A stretch of 64,000 nucleotides of DNA from Polyangiaceae bacterium (GTDB lineage: Bacteria; Myxococcota_A; Polyangia; Polyangiales; Polyangiaceae): contig JANRKO010000076.1 in assembly GCA_033763455.1 (NCBI GenBank), positions 18,836-82,835 on the forward strand, given 5' to 3'. The position numbers and the translations under genes were made by a program. Numbering within the stretch: position 1 is the first letter of the stretch; each line of letters starts with the position of its first letter. Below the pieces are notes generated by a model that saw only the letters and a list, made by a program, of their open reading frames with translations, did no database searches and was not told the origin of the DNA. Below, piece after piece: positions 20,160 through 30,108 of the stretch.

Positions 20160-20885
20160 TCAGCCCCGTTCGAAAGCGGCGTCTTGCCCTGTGTTCGGCC
20201 AGGCTATTGCGGCGAGAACAAGTGCTGGTGTCACGCAGTACCGGCCGGTGAGCGCCGGTAGCGCGCAGAGGGCGTCCTTCGTTTTCGGTTCGCGTTCTGC
20301 ATCTGAAAGGTTCGAAACCCGAGCCCTAAACTGGGAGCTGGCTAGGTCGAATTCCACTTCTACCTCAGTGAAGCCGAGGAACGCCCGCGTCGTGAGGTAT
20401 TGGCATTTGTAGAAGGCTTCCTTCGCGCAAAAAACAATCTTCGCCATCAGGCCCGCGTCCGTCGCGGGGGTAGCCTGGAGCCAGCGCAGCTCGCTACTTC
20501 CCAGCACCCGGCTCCAGAGCTCGGTTCTGAGCGGCGTAGAGTCTTCAGCATCGATTCCGATGCCGCGCCAATGCTCGGCACGGCCGACGGCAGCACCGCA
20601 CCATCCCTGGTGCCCCTTTCCGGTATGCGCAATGCTTCCTACCACACCTTGTGGCCAACGGGGCGAGCGATCTTCATTGGCTAACAGCGGAGCGGCAGAG
20701 AGCCCAAGCTCCGCAAGCGCCCTTCGTGCGCAGGTGCGACCCGCACTGAACTCATGACGCCGGCTCTCAACTGCGCGCGCCACGGCCGCCGCTTCCTCAG
20801 GAAATAGCGCCTCGGCTTCTTGTGCCAGCGTCATTTCCTGACAGAAAACGCCACGGGGTACTATCTGAGAAAGCAAACGCGACAC
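20160..20885 (-). CDS. 4'-phosphopantetheinyl transferase (EntD/Sfp type)
   Basis: RRHEFSAGRTCARRAL, PRWPQGVVGSIAH, GIDAE, FCAKEAFYK. Confidence 0.93.
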   Translation of the reverse strand: MSRLLSQIVPRGVFCQEMTLAQEAEALFPEEAAAVARAVESRRHEFSAGRTCARRALAELGLSAAPLLANEDRSPRWPQGVVGSIAHTGKGHQGWCGAAVGRAEHWRGIGIDAEDSTPLRTELWSRVLGSSELRWLQATPATDAGLMAKIVFCAKEAFYKCQYLTTRAFLGFTEVEVEFDLASSQFRARVSNLSDAEREPKTKDALCALPALTGRYCVTPALVLAAIAWPNTGQDAAFERG

Positions 20886-20937
20886 ACCGGAGTCGCTCTA
20901 GCAGAAGCGGTGACCGCCCACTATGCTCTTCCGAAAC

Positions 20938-21750
20938 ATGAACAAATTCCAAGCCGCTGTTGCCCAGTTGACGTCTACGGAGGACGTGGAAGCCAACTTG
21001 CGAGCTTCAGGTCAGGCTATCGCCGAGGCCCGGGAGAGGGGCGCACAAGTTGTACTTCTCCCTGAGAACTTCGCTTTCATGGGGTCGGAAGCAACGCGAG
21101 CCCAGATCGCTGAAAGCGTGGGAGGCGGAGGTCGGATCCATGAGTTTCTTCGCGCTTCAGCGAAGCAACACCAGATCGCCATCGTTGCCGGCGGAATGCC
21201 CGAGCAGAGCGACGATGCGCGCCGGCCCTACAATGCGAGTGTTGTTTACGGCAGCGACGGATCCATCCTGGCTCACTACAGGAAAGTGCATCTGTTCGAC
21301 GTCGACTTGCCGGACGGCACCACGCTCTGCGAATCCGCTTCCACCAAGCCGGGCAGCTCCCCGGTGGTCTGCCAACTCGGCGAAGTGCGCTTGGGCGTTT
21401 CTATCTGTTATGACCTGCGCTTCCCTGAGCTCTACCGACTCTTGGTGGGTCAAGGTGCCACGGTCCTTGCGGTAACGGCCGCCTTTACGTTGCACACGGG
21501 GAGAGACCATTGGGAAGTTCTGCTCCGCGCGCGCGCCATTGAGTCGCAGTGTTGGGTATTGGCAGCGGCACAGTGGGGGCGTCATTCACCGACGCGAACG
21601 ACGTACGGGCGCTCCATGATCGTGGATCCTTGGGGTACGGTGGTGGCGCAGGCTTCAGACGGCAACGGGGTGGTTGTGGCGGATGTCGATCTAGAGCACC
21701 AGGCCCGCATTCGCTCAGCGCTCCCGTGCTTGTTGCATCGGCGACTGTAA
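20938..21750 (+). CDS. carbon-nitrogen hydrolase (Nit1/deaminated glutathione amidase-like)
   Basis: E-K-C triad in LPENF, YRKVHLFD, ICYDLRFPE; HWEVLLRARAIE. Confidence 0.92.
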   Translation: MNKFQAAVAQLTSTEDVEANLRASGQAIAEARERGAQVVLLPENFAFMGSEATRAQIAESVGGGGRIHEFLRASAKQHQIAIVAGGMPEQSDDARRPYNASVVYGSDGSILAHYRKVHLFDVDLPDGTTLCESASTKPGSSPVVCQLGEVRLGVSICYDLRFPELYRLLVGQGATVLAVTAAFTLHTGRDHWEVLLRARAIESQCWVLAAAQWGRHSPTRTTYGRSMIVDPWGTVVAQASDGNGVVVADVDLEHQARIRSALPCLLHRRL

Positions 21751-21899
21751 TTCCGCTCAGGTGAGCCTACATCCGACACATCATTGGTCATTTTTGCAAA
21801 CACGCTCAATCCCAAGCCTTCCTTGCCGTTGGCTAGTTGGCAGCATTTCGGAGGGGTGGGGAATTGAAAGATCGTGTGCCAGGCAGTATCCGAGAAAGT

Positions 21900-23174
21900 A
21901 TGGCTACAAGTACGCTTTGCCTAGGTAAACGTCGCAGCCGCCTGGCGCTCCTCGCTGGGCTGAGCTTCGCGGCGTGCGCCCAGATCGAGCGTGATGGCCC
22001 GCGTATCGCTGAGGTTCAGCCTGGAGTGGTTCCGCTGGGCGTTACCAGCGCCCTGGCGATCCACGGCGTAAACTTCTATGCGCGTCCAGAGGTCAGGCTC
22101 TCCAGTCAGGATGCCGTGAAGATCCATTGGGATTTTCAGGTGTTCATTGATCGAGCTCCCCTCGCTCCCGGCATGGTCAAAGTTGAAAGCTCCCGCATTA
22201 TCCGCGTTCAGAGCCCTGCCAACTTGGCGCTCGGGCCTCATGCGGTCACCGTGAAGACGCCTGAGGGGCTCTCGGACACGCTCGAGAACGCGTTCGTGGT
22301 GGCCGTGCCCGACACGGACACTGGCGCGGGAGGAAGCGGGGCGACCGGAGGAGCTCCGTCGACCCAGGCCGGGGGCAATGGCACAGGCTCCGCGCAGAAC
22401 GTAGAACCTGCGCCAACGCTCGCGAGTGGCGGCAGCACCAACCTGAGCTCCGGCGGGAGCCCAGCGAACACGGGCCTTGGTACGGGAGGCGCCTTGGTCG
22501 GTGCAGGTGGTAGCGCGCTCGGGAGTGCTGGTGGCGCTGGTGCTACCGGGGGCAGCGGAACCGGAGGCTCCCCGGGCTTGGTAAACGGCTGCAACGAATT
22601 GGACCCGGTGACTGGCAAATGCATTCACACATGCGCCATCAAGCCAGGAGGCGCGATAGACTATTGCACACGGCACTTTTTCGCCAAGACCGCCGATTGT
22701 GTCTACTCCGTGAACCCCAATCCTGATACCTGCGCGGCGGAGGCGGGGCCCGGAGAGATCGCGGTGGGTCTCGACCGACCAAGTGTCGGCTCGAATGCGC
22801 ACGCATATTACTACTTCGAATTAGACAAGGCTCTCTACCCCGGTGCGATTGTCGATGCGGTCTATCTGGTCGCGCGCTCGACCAAAAACGCTGTTGCCGG
22901 GTCTGACGCCACCGGCACCGTGTGGTTCAGCGAACGTTTTCAGCGCTCAGATCTTTTTTCTAAACTTCCCCTGCAAATCGGAAGCGCTCCCATCGCTCAG
23001 GATTCAGGTTTGATACGGGTCGACGAGGATGTTTACTGGCCGCTGCCTCGTGCAGCGTTCACGTTCCCGAGCCAGGTGTTCATGACCGTCGTGCCCACGA
23101 GTGCCGATGCGGTGCACTACTTTGGTATGCAGGAGCCCAGCGCGCAGGCCTACATTCAGGTGGATTACCACTGA
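21900..23174 (+). CDS. lipoprotein with Ig-like (IPT/TIG-like) domain, Gly-rich linker and Cys-containing C-terminal domain
   Basis: Lipobox FAAC; PRIAEVQP...IHGVNF...GPHAVTVKTPEG...LENAF. Confidence 0.7.
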   Translation: MATSTLCLGKRRSRLALLAGLSFAACAQIERDGPRIAEVQPGVVPLGVTSALAIHGVNFYARPEVRLSSQDAVKIHWDFQVFIDRAPLAPGMVKVESSRIIRVQSPANLALGPHAVTVKTPEGLSDTLENAFVVAVPDTDTGAGGSGATGGAPSTQAGGNGTGSAQNVEPAPTLASGGSTNLSSGGSPANTGLGTGGALVGAGGSALGSAGGAGATGGSGTGGSPGLVNGCNELDPVTGKCIHTCAIKPGGAIDYCTRHFFAKTADCVYSVNPNPDTCAAEAGPGEIAVGLDRPSVGSNAHAYYYFELDKALYPGAIVDAVYLVARSTKNAVAGSDATGTVWFSERFQRSDLFSKLPLQIGSAPIAQDSGLIRVDEDVYWPLPRAAFTFPSQVFMTVVPTSADAVHYFGMQEPSAQAYIQVDYH

Positions 23175-23181
23175 GCGTGAG

Positions 23182-25380
23182 TTACTGAACCTGAGCGCTC
23201 TGCACAGAGTAGATTTGGCCAAGCCCGGTGATGTCGTTCACCCACGTCAATGCCCCGCTCACGGGATCGATCGACCAGGTGCTGAGCCGACCATTCAAAT
23301 CGCCGACGTGGAGATGGCTGCCGCTCGGAGAAAGCGCGAACACCCGTGCTTGAGCATTGAGTACAGCGCGACTACCCCAAACCAAGCTGTGATCGGCGTT
23401 CACACGAAATGTAACGATGTCCTGGTTGTAGCGGTTGATGGCGAAAACGAATTTGCCGTTTTGCGAAACATGCAAATCTGAGCTGTGAGCCCAAGATCCA
23501 CCGCTGACGGCGGCGATGACCTGCCGTGCGGGGGTGATCAGAGTACCCGTCGTCTGATTGATATCGAAGACGTACACCTGACTGCTTGATTGAGTAAGGA
23601 CGTAGAGCGCAGATCCGTCGGGGTGGAAGTCCATGAATCGTGGGCCGCCGCTCACGCTCACTTGGGGAACTACCTGGGGAGTGAGAATGCCGCTGGTGCC
23701 ATCGAACGCGAACTGCTTAACCAGCCCTGCGTCGAGCGCCGTTACAAATGCCCAGCGATTGTTGGGATGAATCACCGTTTGGTGCGTACCCGCGCCAGGT
23801 TGGTAGACGGTAGAGGCGCCGAGCACGCCGTTGATAAACGGGACGCCCGAAAGCTTGCCTGCGGAGTAATGGGTGGTGAATACGTGGCGGCCCGTGGGGC
23901 TAATCGCCACGTGGCTTGCGGGCCCCGCGGTGGCCGCCATGCTGCCCAAGCTCAATGTTCCAGCGAGCGGGTTGAAGTTGTACTCGCGCAACTCATTGCC
24001 CCAATACCCACCGAATAACGTGAGGCCATCAGAGGCTACCGCGGCCCACCCGAGGCCATTCGGTGTGGCCAAAGTGGTCACCCAAGTGAGCTGCCCGGTG
24101 CCTTCGTTGACTGAATAGATTCTAATGTTGCCGTCGTAGCTCCCGACGTAGAGGTACGTAACGCGCGAGGTTGTGCACTCCAAACCGTCCGCCCACTGTC
24201 CCTCGGAGCAGACTTGCTTCAGACTTCCCTCGTTGTTGCTGCCACACGGGGTGGTCCCTCGTTGCGTTGAGCCATTCGTGCACACGTCAGGGTCGGTGCA
24301 AGTGGCTCCGTCTACCCACTCACCTGCGGCACAAACGCGCACCAAGGTACCGTTTTGGTTCAAACCACAGGCGGTCGAACCGCTTTGCGAGCTGCCGTTC
24401 ACGCAAACGTCAGTGTCCACGCACTGCGAGCTGTCCACCCACTGTCCGCTAGAGCAGATTTGTTGAAATCCGCCTGCGAGGTTGATTCCACACTTCGTCG
24501 AACCCACGCGGTTGGTGCCGTTCTCGCAGACGTCTGGATCGGCACAGGATGCCGCAAGCGCCCACTGGCCGGCCACGCAACTATCGAGCTTGGTGCCGTT
24601 GTTGTTGAGCCCGCAGGTGCCGCTGCCGGGGCGGCTGCTGCCGTTCACGCAAGCATCCGGATCGGTGCAAATACCGTTCGAAACCCACTGCCCTGCGGTG
24701 CACGTCTCGCCGAGCGTGCCGTTGTTGTTGAGGCCGCAGGCGGCTCCTGTGCGCGTGGCGCCTTCGACGCAGGTGCTAGCGACTGCGCCCAACTGGAAAT
24801 CATCAAGGTAGTAAGTTCCGGGCGCTGCAGCCGTCCATGTGATCGTGAACTTCAGATCGCTGAAAGGTTTGGCGAGCGCGTTGGACACCGTGGCGGGCAC
24901 CTGAAACGACGCCCGTTGATACACATCACGCGGCCAGCTGCTGAGATCCTTCTGACCGAGGGTGACCGACCAAAGGTTCAAGGTCGGTGAGTTCACCTGA
25001 AGCTTCAGCGTTCCGGCGGGATTCGCCATAGCGGGAGCCTTGAAGAGAAAACTGACTTCACTCGGTGTGCCAATGCGATTGTCCACCTTGACGTGAGTGA
25101 CGCCAGCGGACGCGTAGTTCATGACGACTTTAAGCGCCTTGGTGCCCTGCGCGGCTTCCGAAGACGCTGAGAGCTGGGACCAGTACCAAGTGGCCGCCCA
25201 ATCGGAGGTGGGGTTCTCAAAACCCATGATCCTATCCACTTCGGCTTGCGTGAGGGCCGCAGACAACGTGCTCGTGTCTTCTGTGTCCCCCACCGACCCA
25301 CCGCTACAACCAGCGGCGCCGAGCAACAAAGCCGCCAACCATGCACCCGCCCTGCACATTCCGAAGCCAGACTGTTTCAT
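23182..25380 (-). CDS. lipoprotein: N-terminal beta-sandwich, 5 Cys-rich repeats, lactonase-family beta-propeller
   Basis: Lipobox AAGC; C-terminal motifs THQTVIHP, GPRFMDFHP, SDLHVSQNGKFVFAINR, ARVFALSPSG resemble 6-phosphogluconolactonase (Pgl/YbhE) propellers. Confidence 0.8.
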   Translation of the reverse strand: MKQSGFGMCRAGAWLAALLLGAAGCSGGSVGDTEDTSTLSAALTQAEVDRIMGFENPTSDWAATWYWSQLSASSEAAQGTKALKVVMNYASAGVTHVKVDNRIGTPSEVSFLFKAPAMANPAGTLKLQVNSPTLNLWSVTLGQKDLSSWPRDVYQRASFQVPATVSNALAKPFSDLKFTITWTAAAPGTYYLDDFQLGAVASTCVEGATRTGAACGLNNNGTLGETCTAGQWVSNGICTDPDACVNGSSRPGSGTCGLNNNGTKLDSCVAGQWALAASCADPDVCENGTNRVGSTKCGINLAGGFQQICSSGQWVDSSQCVDTDVCVNGSSQSGSTACGLNQNGTLVRVCAAGEWVDGATCTDPDVCTNGSTQRGTTPCGSNNEGSLKQVCSEGQWADGLECTTSRVTYLYVGSYDGNIRIYSVNEGTGQLTWVTTLATPNGLGWAAVASDGLTLFGGYWGNELREYNFNPLAGTLSLGSMAATAGPASHVAISPTGRHVFTTHYSAGKLSGVPFINGVLGASTVYQPGAGTHQTVIHPNNRWAFVTALDAGLVKQFAFDGTSGILTPQVVPQVSVSGGPRFMDFHPDGSALYVLTQSSSQVYVFDINQTTGTLITPARQVIAAVSGGSWAHSSDLHVSQNGKFVFAINRYNQDIVTFRVNADHSLVWGSRAVLNAQARVFALSPSGSHLHVGDLNGRLSTWSIDPVSGALTWVNDITGLGQIYSVQSAQVQ
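24175..24771 (-). repeat. five tandem ~41-aa four-cysteine coding repeats
   Basis: Consensus CxNGxxxxGxxxCGxNxxGxxxxxCxxGQWxxxxxCxDPDV. Confidence 0.9.
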
Positions 25381-25562
25381 AGATCCTCTACACGTACATT
25401 GGGACCGGCCAGCGACTCAATAGTTAATTGTATGCAGGGCGCATCCAATCTCTCCCGCTCCGGCCGGACGGGCATGGCCGGGCTTGTTCCAATGTGAGAA
25501 TCAGGCTAGCCTTTGGCGATTTTTTACAGATGGGCGTGGGGTTTAGAAAGCGAGAATTCCGA

Positions 25563-26363
25563 ATGAAAAAGGCACTTTCATGGAGGGCAGCTCTGCTTGC
25601 CACGATGGCCGTTACGGGCGCAGGTTTCGGTGCGGCGGCGTGCTCTAGTGACTCAGACTCGGCAGCCGGCGCTTCTGGGGCCGGCCTGGGCGGTGCCTCA
25701 GCAAGCTCCGGCGGAAGTAGCTCGAATGCCTCTTCCGGTGGGACTGCCCAGAATCCCTCTTCCGGCGGGGCTACCCAAAATCCTTCTTCCGGCGGAGCTA
25801 ACCCCGCTGCTGCGGTTGGCGGAGTTAGCTCCTCCGCAGCCGGGGGAACAGCGTCGGCAGCAGGCGGCGCGACCAGCAACGGAACGGCTCCCGCCAAGTT
25901 CGCTCTCTGTGCCGCGTGTCACGGCGCAACCGGGGAGGGTACGGCGCTGGCACCCGAGGCCCTCCACCCCGATGCGGCGTACGCGGAGTGGCTCGTGCGC
26001 AACGGAATGCCAGCGCGCAACGGCTGGATGGCCATGCTTGCGATGGACGAGAGCGTAATTACAGGTCCGGAGCTTCAGGAGATCATCGCGTTTCTCAACG
26101 CCCCGCCCCGCCCAACCGAAGGCAAAGCCATGTATGAGGACTACTGCATTCATTGCCACGGCAGCAAAGCCGAGGCGGGAGGCGGTGGCTTGAGCGACGC
26201 ATACATCAAGGGCTTGGACGCCGGTCTCTTCCTGGAGGGCGTGCGTAAGGGTGACGTGACGGGAACGCCGGCGACTCGAAACGTGTATATGCCCCCGTTC
26301 CCTAGCAACTTGATCTCGGATGCGGATGTAGAAAAGATCCGCGTGTACACACAGGGCCTTTGA
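25563..26363 (+). CDS. di-heme c-type cytochrome lipoprotein
   Basis: Lipobox AAAC; Ser/Gly/Ala linker; CAACH and CIHCH; candidate distal Met ligands (AMLAM, YMPPF). Confidence 0.88.
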   Translation: MKKALSWRAALLATMAVTGAGFGAAACSSDSDSAAGASGAGLGGASASSGGSSSNASSGGTAQNPSSGGATQNPSSGGANPAAAVGGVSSSAAGGTASAAGGATSNGTAPAKFALCAACHGATGEGTALAPEALHPDAAYAEWLVRNGMPARNGWMAMLAMDESVITGPELQEIIAFLNAPPRPTEGKAMYEDYCIHCHGSKAEAGGGGLSDAYIKGLDAGLFLEGVRKGDVTGTPATRNVYMPPFPSNLISDADVEKIRVYTQGL

Positions 26364-27310
26364 GCTGCGTGGGGAGCTTCCACGTTAACGCTAAAGCCGC
26401 GTTGAGGTTGGGTTGGGTGCTGGCCCTACTTCTAGGGCCTGCATGCCGTCCGGACTCGCAGCAGACCTTGCCCGTAGCGCCCGCGTCGGCTTCAGCCGTT
26501 GCTCCTGGTGTGCGCGTGGCGAATACGGCGAATACGGCGAATACGGCACCCGCTCGATCGCCCTCCCCAGCACCTGGGCCAGTGCGGCGCCCAACTCAAA
26601 AACCTCCGAAGCGCGTTCTCTTTGTGGGTAACAGCTTTGTGCACTCCGGACCCCTCCCGGAAGTGCTGGGGCTCCTGGTGAAGAGTGCACAGATTTCAGA
26701 TGTTAGCCTGGAAATGAGTGCTGAAAGCGGTTGGTCCTTGGCTGATCACCGCAAGAGCCAAGCTACTCTCGCCAGCCTCGACAAGCCCGGCTGGGACGTG
26801 GTGGTCTTGCAGGATCAGTCGACGCGCCCCACCGCCAAGATGGGTAAGCCGGAAGAATTTCGCGACGATGCTTTGTGGCTCATCGAGCGCTTGCGCCAGA
26901 AGAGCCCAAAGGCGCGTGTGGTGCTGTTTCAGACCTGGGCTCAGCACCCGAGTGCTTGGGTCTACCAAGAGCACTATAAGGATTTCGCGTCGATGACGGA
27001 GGATCTCCGGCGTGGCTATGTTGGCGTCGTGGAAGCTTACGTTCGCAAGTTTGGCACGGAAGAGCCGCAACTCGTACCGGCGCTAGCCCGCGTGGGCGAC
27101 GCTTGGGAGCGTTATCTGGCGCAACCTGGGGCTTTGCGTCTTCATGGGCAGGACGGCGTCCATCCGAGTGATGCGGGTAAATACCTGAACGCCCTGGTAT
27201 TTTTTCGAGTGCTCTATCAGCGCCCAACGGCCAAGCTAGTAGGCTGGACACTTCCGCAGGCAGACGCTGCTGCATTACAGGCGCTTGCAGATAGCCTGCC
27301 TGACGAGTAG
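26360..27310 (+). CDS. SGNH/GDSL-like hydrolase, probable lipoprotein
   Basis: VLFVGNSF, WDVVVLQDQS, DGVHPS; GPAC lipobox-like. Start uncertain. Confidence 0.8.
   Translation: MSCVGSFHVNAKAALRLGWVLALLLGPACRPDSQQTLPVAPASASAVAPGVRVANTANTANTAPARSPSPAPGPVRRPTQKPPKRVLFVGNSFVHSGPLPEVLGLLVKSAQISDVSLEMSAESGWSLADHRKSQATLASLDKPGWDVVVLQDQSTRPTAKMGKPEEFRDDALWLIERLRQKSPKARVVLFQTWAQHPSAWVYQEHYKDFASMTEDLRRGYVGVVEAYVRKFGTEEPQLVPALARVGDAWERYLAQPGALRLHGQDGVHPSDAGKYLNALVFFRVLYQRPTAKLVGWTLPQADAAALQALADSLPDE
26518..26547 (+). repeat. 9-bp in-frame microsatellite (GGCGAATAC x3)
   Basis: Perfect repeats encoding ANT-ANT-ANT in a linker. Confidence 0.85.
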
Positions 27311-27338
27311 CAACGTATCGCCTGCAGTCGCACACGCC

Positions 27339-28811
27339 CTAGGCGTTCTCTTTACGCGCACGCTTACTGAGTGCTCCGCGCGCCAGGCGTATCAATTCGG
27401 AAGCGTGGTTCCGGGCGACCCAAAAAGCCGTTGCCACGTACGCAGCGGCGCCGGCACCAATTTCCAAACCGAGCCTTAACAAGGCGTTCAGATCAGAAGG
27501 CACGAGGTAACGCACGCCCCACACGGCAGCGGCAAGCGGGACGCACGCCAAGAGCGGACGGAGCATCGGGCCGATCAGGTCCGTGGGCGAGATGTTGTCG
27601 GCGCGTCGGACCAACAGGGAAGCCGCTAGGGCATGCGCGCCAAAAGCCAAACCCACCGCGGCACACGCGGCGAGCTCACCCATGGGTGAAAGCAATGCAA
27701 TGAAACCCACGATGCCCAGCGCCTTGATGGCTTGGAGTGCGAAGATCTGCCCTGTTCGAGCGCCCGCGAGAAGGTACGAAGAAAGCAGCCAACCCAATGG
27801 GCGGACCACGGATAGAACCGAGAGCACCATCAACAGGGGAGCTATTCCCTGCCACTTGGCATCAAACAGAGTCTCTACGAGCGTGGCCGCCACAGCCCCC
27901 AGCCCTACGGCTAGCGGAAACACCAAAAGGGCCAGCAGGCCCCCTGCGCGAACGAGACCACGCTTACGCTCCTCAGGATCGGTCATGCGAGAGAACGATG
28001 GCAACAACACGTCGCCGATGTGCTCCCCGACTTGAGCGGCCGGAACGTCCGCGAGGTTGTAGGCCAAGCTATAACGCCCAGCTGCGTCCGTCCCAAAAAG
28101 GGCTGCGAACATCAGATTGTCCCAGCGCCGTGAGCCGATATCTAGGACCGCTGAGCCACCGAAGGGAAGGCCGAATCGCAACAGCTTCTTCACTTCCTCG
28201 AGCCGAAGCCGGACGGGAGTTAACCAGTCAGCAAAATTGACTGAAAAGGTTACGATCGCAGCAACTAGAATGTCCCGCCCGAGCGCTGCTACCACCAGGC
28301 TCATCGCCCCAAACTGATTGAAGGCCAGCAGTAGGGCTGAGGCAGCATAGGTGAATTCCCCTGCCACTTGGCTCAGGCCAATAACCCTGAACCTCATGTC
28401 TCGAACCAACAGGCGCGTGGGGATCCCCCCGATTCTTTGGCAGGCGATCCCTGCGGCGAACCAGGGGATGTACTCGGTAACGCCAGGCTCTCCGAACCAA
28501 GCGCCCAACGGTGCGGCCAGCGCGCACGCGCACGCGACGGCCAAGGCCGCCGCACTCAAGTAGATAACGCTCGCGTGGAAAGCGACGTCTCGCCCGGCCT
28601 TGGGGAAAGCCACCAGATAGTGGCCGACGCCAAGTGTGGAAACGCTGTTGACGGTCAGCAAGATGACCGACGCCACCGAAACGGCGCCGAACGCCGAGGG
28701 CTCGATGAAGCGGGTAAGGACCAGCGTACTTGCTAGGCCAACTGCCCGGGATCCGATGCTACTCGTGATGGTCCACATAGCACCGAGAGCCGCCTTGTAG
28801 CCGAGTGACAC
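27339..28811 (-). CDS. wzx: Wzx/PST-family polysaccharide flippase (paralog 1)
   Basis: Many TM segments; RDMRFR, FGLP, WDN...FG...GRYSLAYNLA, LVFPLAVGL, KWQG. GTG start at 28811 inferred. Confidence 0.9.
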   Translation of the reverse strand: MSLGYKAALGAMWTITSSIGSRAVGLASTLVLTRFIEPSAFGAVSVASVILLTVNSVSTLGVGHYLVAFPKAGRDVAFHASVIYLSAAALAVACACALAAPLGAWFGEPGVTEYIPWFAAGIACQRIGGIPTRLLVRDMRFRVIGLSQVAGEFTYAASALLLAFNQFGAMSLVVAALGRDILVAAIVTFSVNFADWLTPVRLRLEEVKKLLRFGLPFGGSAVLDIGSRRWDNLMFAALFGTDAAGRYSLAYNLADVPAAQVGEHIGDVLLPSFSRMTDPEERKRGLVRAGGLLALLVFPLAVGLGAVAATLVETLFDAKWQGIAPLLMVLSVLSVVRPLGWLLSSYLLAGARTGQIFALQAIKALGIVGFIALLSPMGELAACAAVGLAFGAHALAASLLVRRADNISPTDLIGPMLRPLLACVPLAAAVWGVRYLVPSDLNALLRLGLEIGAGAAAYVATAFWVARNHASELIRLARGALSKRARKENA

Positions 28812-28934
28812 GAGTTGCAGTCCTAACGCATAGGCGCGCAGAGAGCTATACGCCAGCGCGGGTGGTACCATTCACGACGGTCGCTGAAAAGGCGCGCGGC
28901 GCAGCTCACACCTTAAATAGGACGACAGCTCCTC

Positions 28935-29035
28935 CCCTGATCCGGCGGTAAGGCGCGGCACTGGTGTGTAAGTGATCAAAAGAGCTCCATAGTTATTGAA
29001 AGAGGTCGTCACCTTATTGGTTGGATGCCCACCCC
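28935..29035 (+). repeat. conserved 101-bp non-coding element, copy 1
   Basis: Aligns without gaps to 63850-63950 (85/101 identical by manual count). Confidence 0.9.
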
Positions 29036-29145
29036 GGATTAGGGTCCACACAGACCGATTGCTCTTGAAGGAAGGACCCGCTATTTACCGAAGGCGGCTG
29101 TCCCTCGCGCAGAGTGCGACCAAGCGGCAACAAGGAAGGCATAAC

Positions 29146-30087
29146 GTGCGAATATTGGTAACCGGTGGGGCAGGTTTTATTGGGAGCCACGTTGCTGAGC
29201 AGGCGAAGGAGGCTGGCCACGAGGTTGCAGTGCTCGACAATCTCTCGACAGGGAAACGCGCGAATGTCCCGGCGGGCGTCGAGCTTCTGGAGGTCGATCT
29301 GCGCGATCGAGAGGCAACTCGAAACGCGGTGCTGAAATTCAAACCCCAGGCTGTCAGCCACCAAGCCGCTCAAGCCAGCGTAAGCGTGAGCGTGCGTGAA
29401 CCCAAGCTCGATGCGGATGTCAACATCAGCGGCGGCTTGAACCTGCTTGACGCTTGCGCCGAGGCTGGCGTCGAGCGAGTGGTGTTTGCTAGTACTGGTG
29501 GCGCCATCTACGGGGAGGTGCCGGAAGGGTCCCGGGCCACGGAGCAAACGCAGCCTTCCCCCATCAGCCCCTATGCCATCAGCAAGCTAACGCTCGAGCA
29601 TTACCTCGGGTTCTACGAAGCCTACCGCAAGATCCAGCGGGTGATCCTGCGGTACGCCAACGTTTACGGGCCACGCCAAGATGCGCACGGGGAAGCCGGA
29701 GTGATTGCGATTTTTCTCGAACGTGCCTTGCACGGCGAAGCTCTTCAAGTGAACGCCATGCGAGAAGAGGGCGATGCGGGTTGCGTTCGCGACTATACCT
29801 ACGTGACGGACGTTGCTCGCGCCAACGTATTGGGCTTGTTGGGTAAGCTCGAGGCCAATGTCATGAATATCGGCACCGGTGTGCCCACTACGACGCTTGA
29901 GCTCGCACGCGTAGCGTTTCAGGCTGCAGGTCGCACCTGTAAGGTCGTCCATGCCAGCAAACGCGCTGGCGATATTGAGCGATCTTTGCTCGACCCAACG
30001 TTGTGTCAGCGTGCACTCGGCGAGCTGGTCGGGCTCGGCGTTGGCTTGACTGCCACCGCGGAATGGTACCGAAGCCAGGCCGGGTGA
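29146..30087 (+). CDS. NAD-dependent nucleotide-sugar epimerase (UDP-glucose 4-epimerase-like)
   Basis: TGGAGFIGSH, ASTGGAIYG, YAISK (YxxxK), RYANVYGPRQ, RDYTYV. GTG start after AAGGAAGG. Confidence 0.92.
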   Translation: MRILVTGGAGFIGSHVAEQAKEAGHEVAVLDNLSTGKRANVPAGVELLEVDLRDREATRNAVLKFKPQAVSHQAAQASVSVSVREPKLDADVNISGGLNLLDACAEAGVERVVFASTGGAIYGEVPEGSRATEQTQPSPISPYAISKLTLEHYLGFYEAYRKIQRVILRYANVYGPRQDAHGEAGVIAIFLERALHGEALQVNAMREEGDAGCVRDYTYVTDVARANVLGLLGKLEANVMNIGTGVPTTTLELARVAFQAAGRTCKVVHASKRAGDIERSLLDPTLCQRALGELVGLGVGLTATAEWYRSQAG

Positions 30088-30096
30088 CGCCTGGCT
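30073..30096. terminator. hairpin at convergent gene junction
   Basis: AGCCAGGC-N8-GCCTGGCT perfect 8-bp stem; no U-tract. Confidence 0.35.
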
Positions 30097-30108
30097 AGCC
30101 TCATCGGC

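Noticed and set aside
24175..24771. CRISPR array or mobile element from repeated sequence
   Set aside because: The repeats are degenerate, in-frame coding repeats; no cas, transposase or integrase genes were seen anywhere in the window.
28944..28958. Canonical ops/JUMPstart site (GGCGGTAAGGCG)
   Set aside because: Only a partial match to GGCGGTAG, and copy 2 reads AGCGATAAG; kept only as an analogy.
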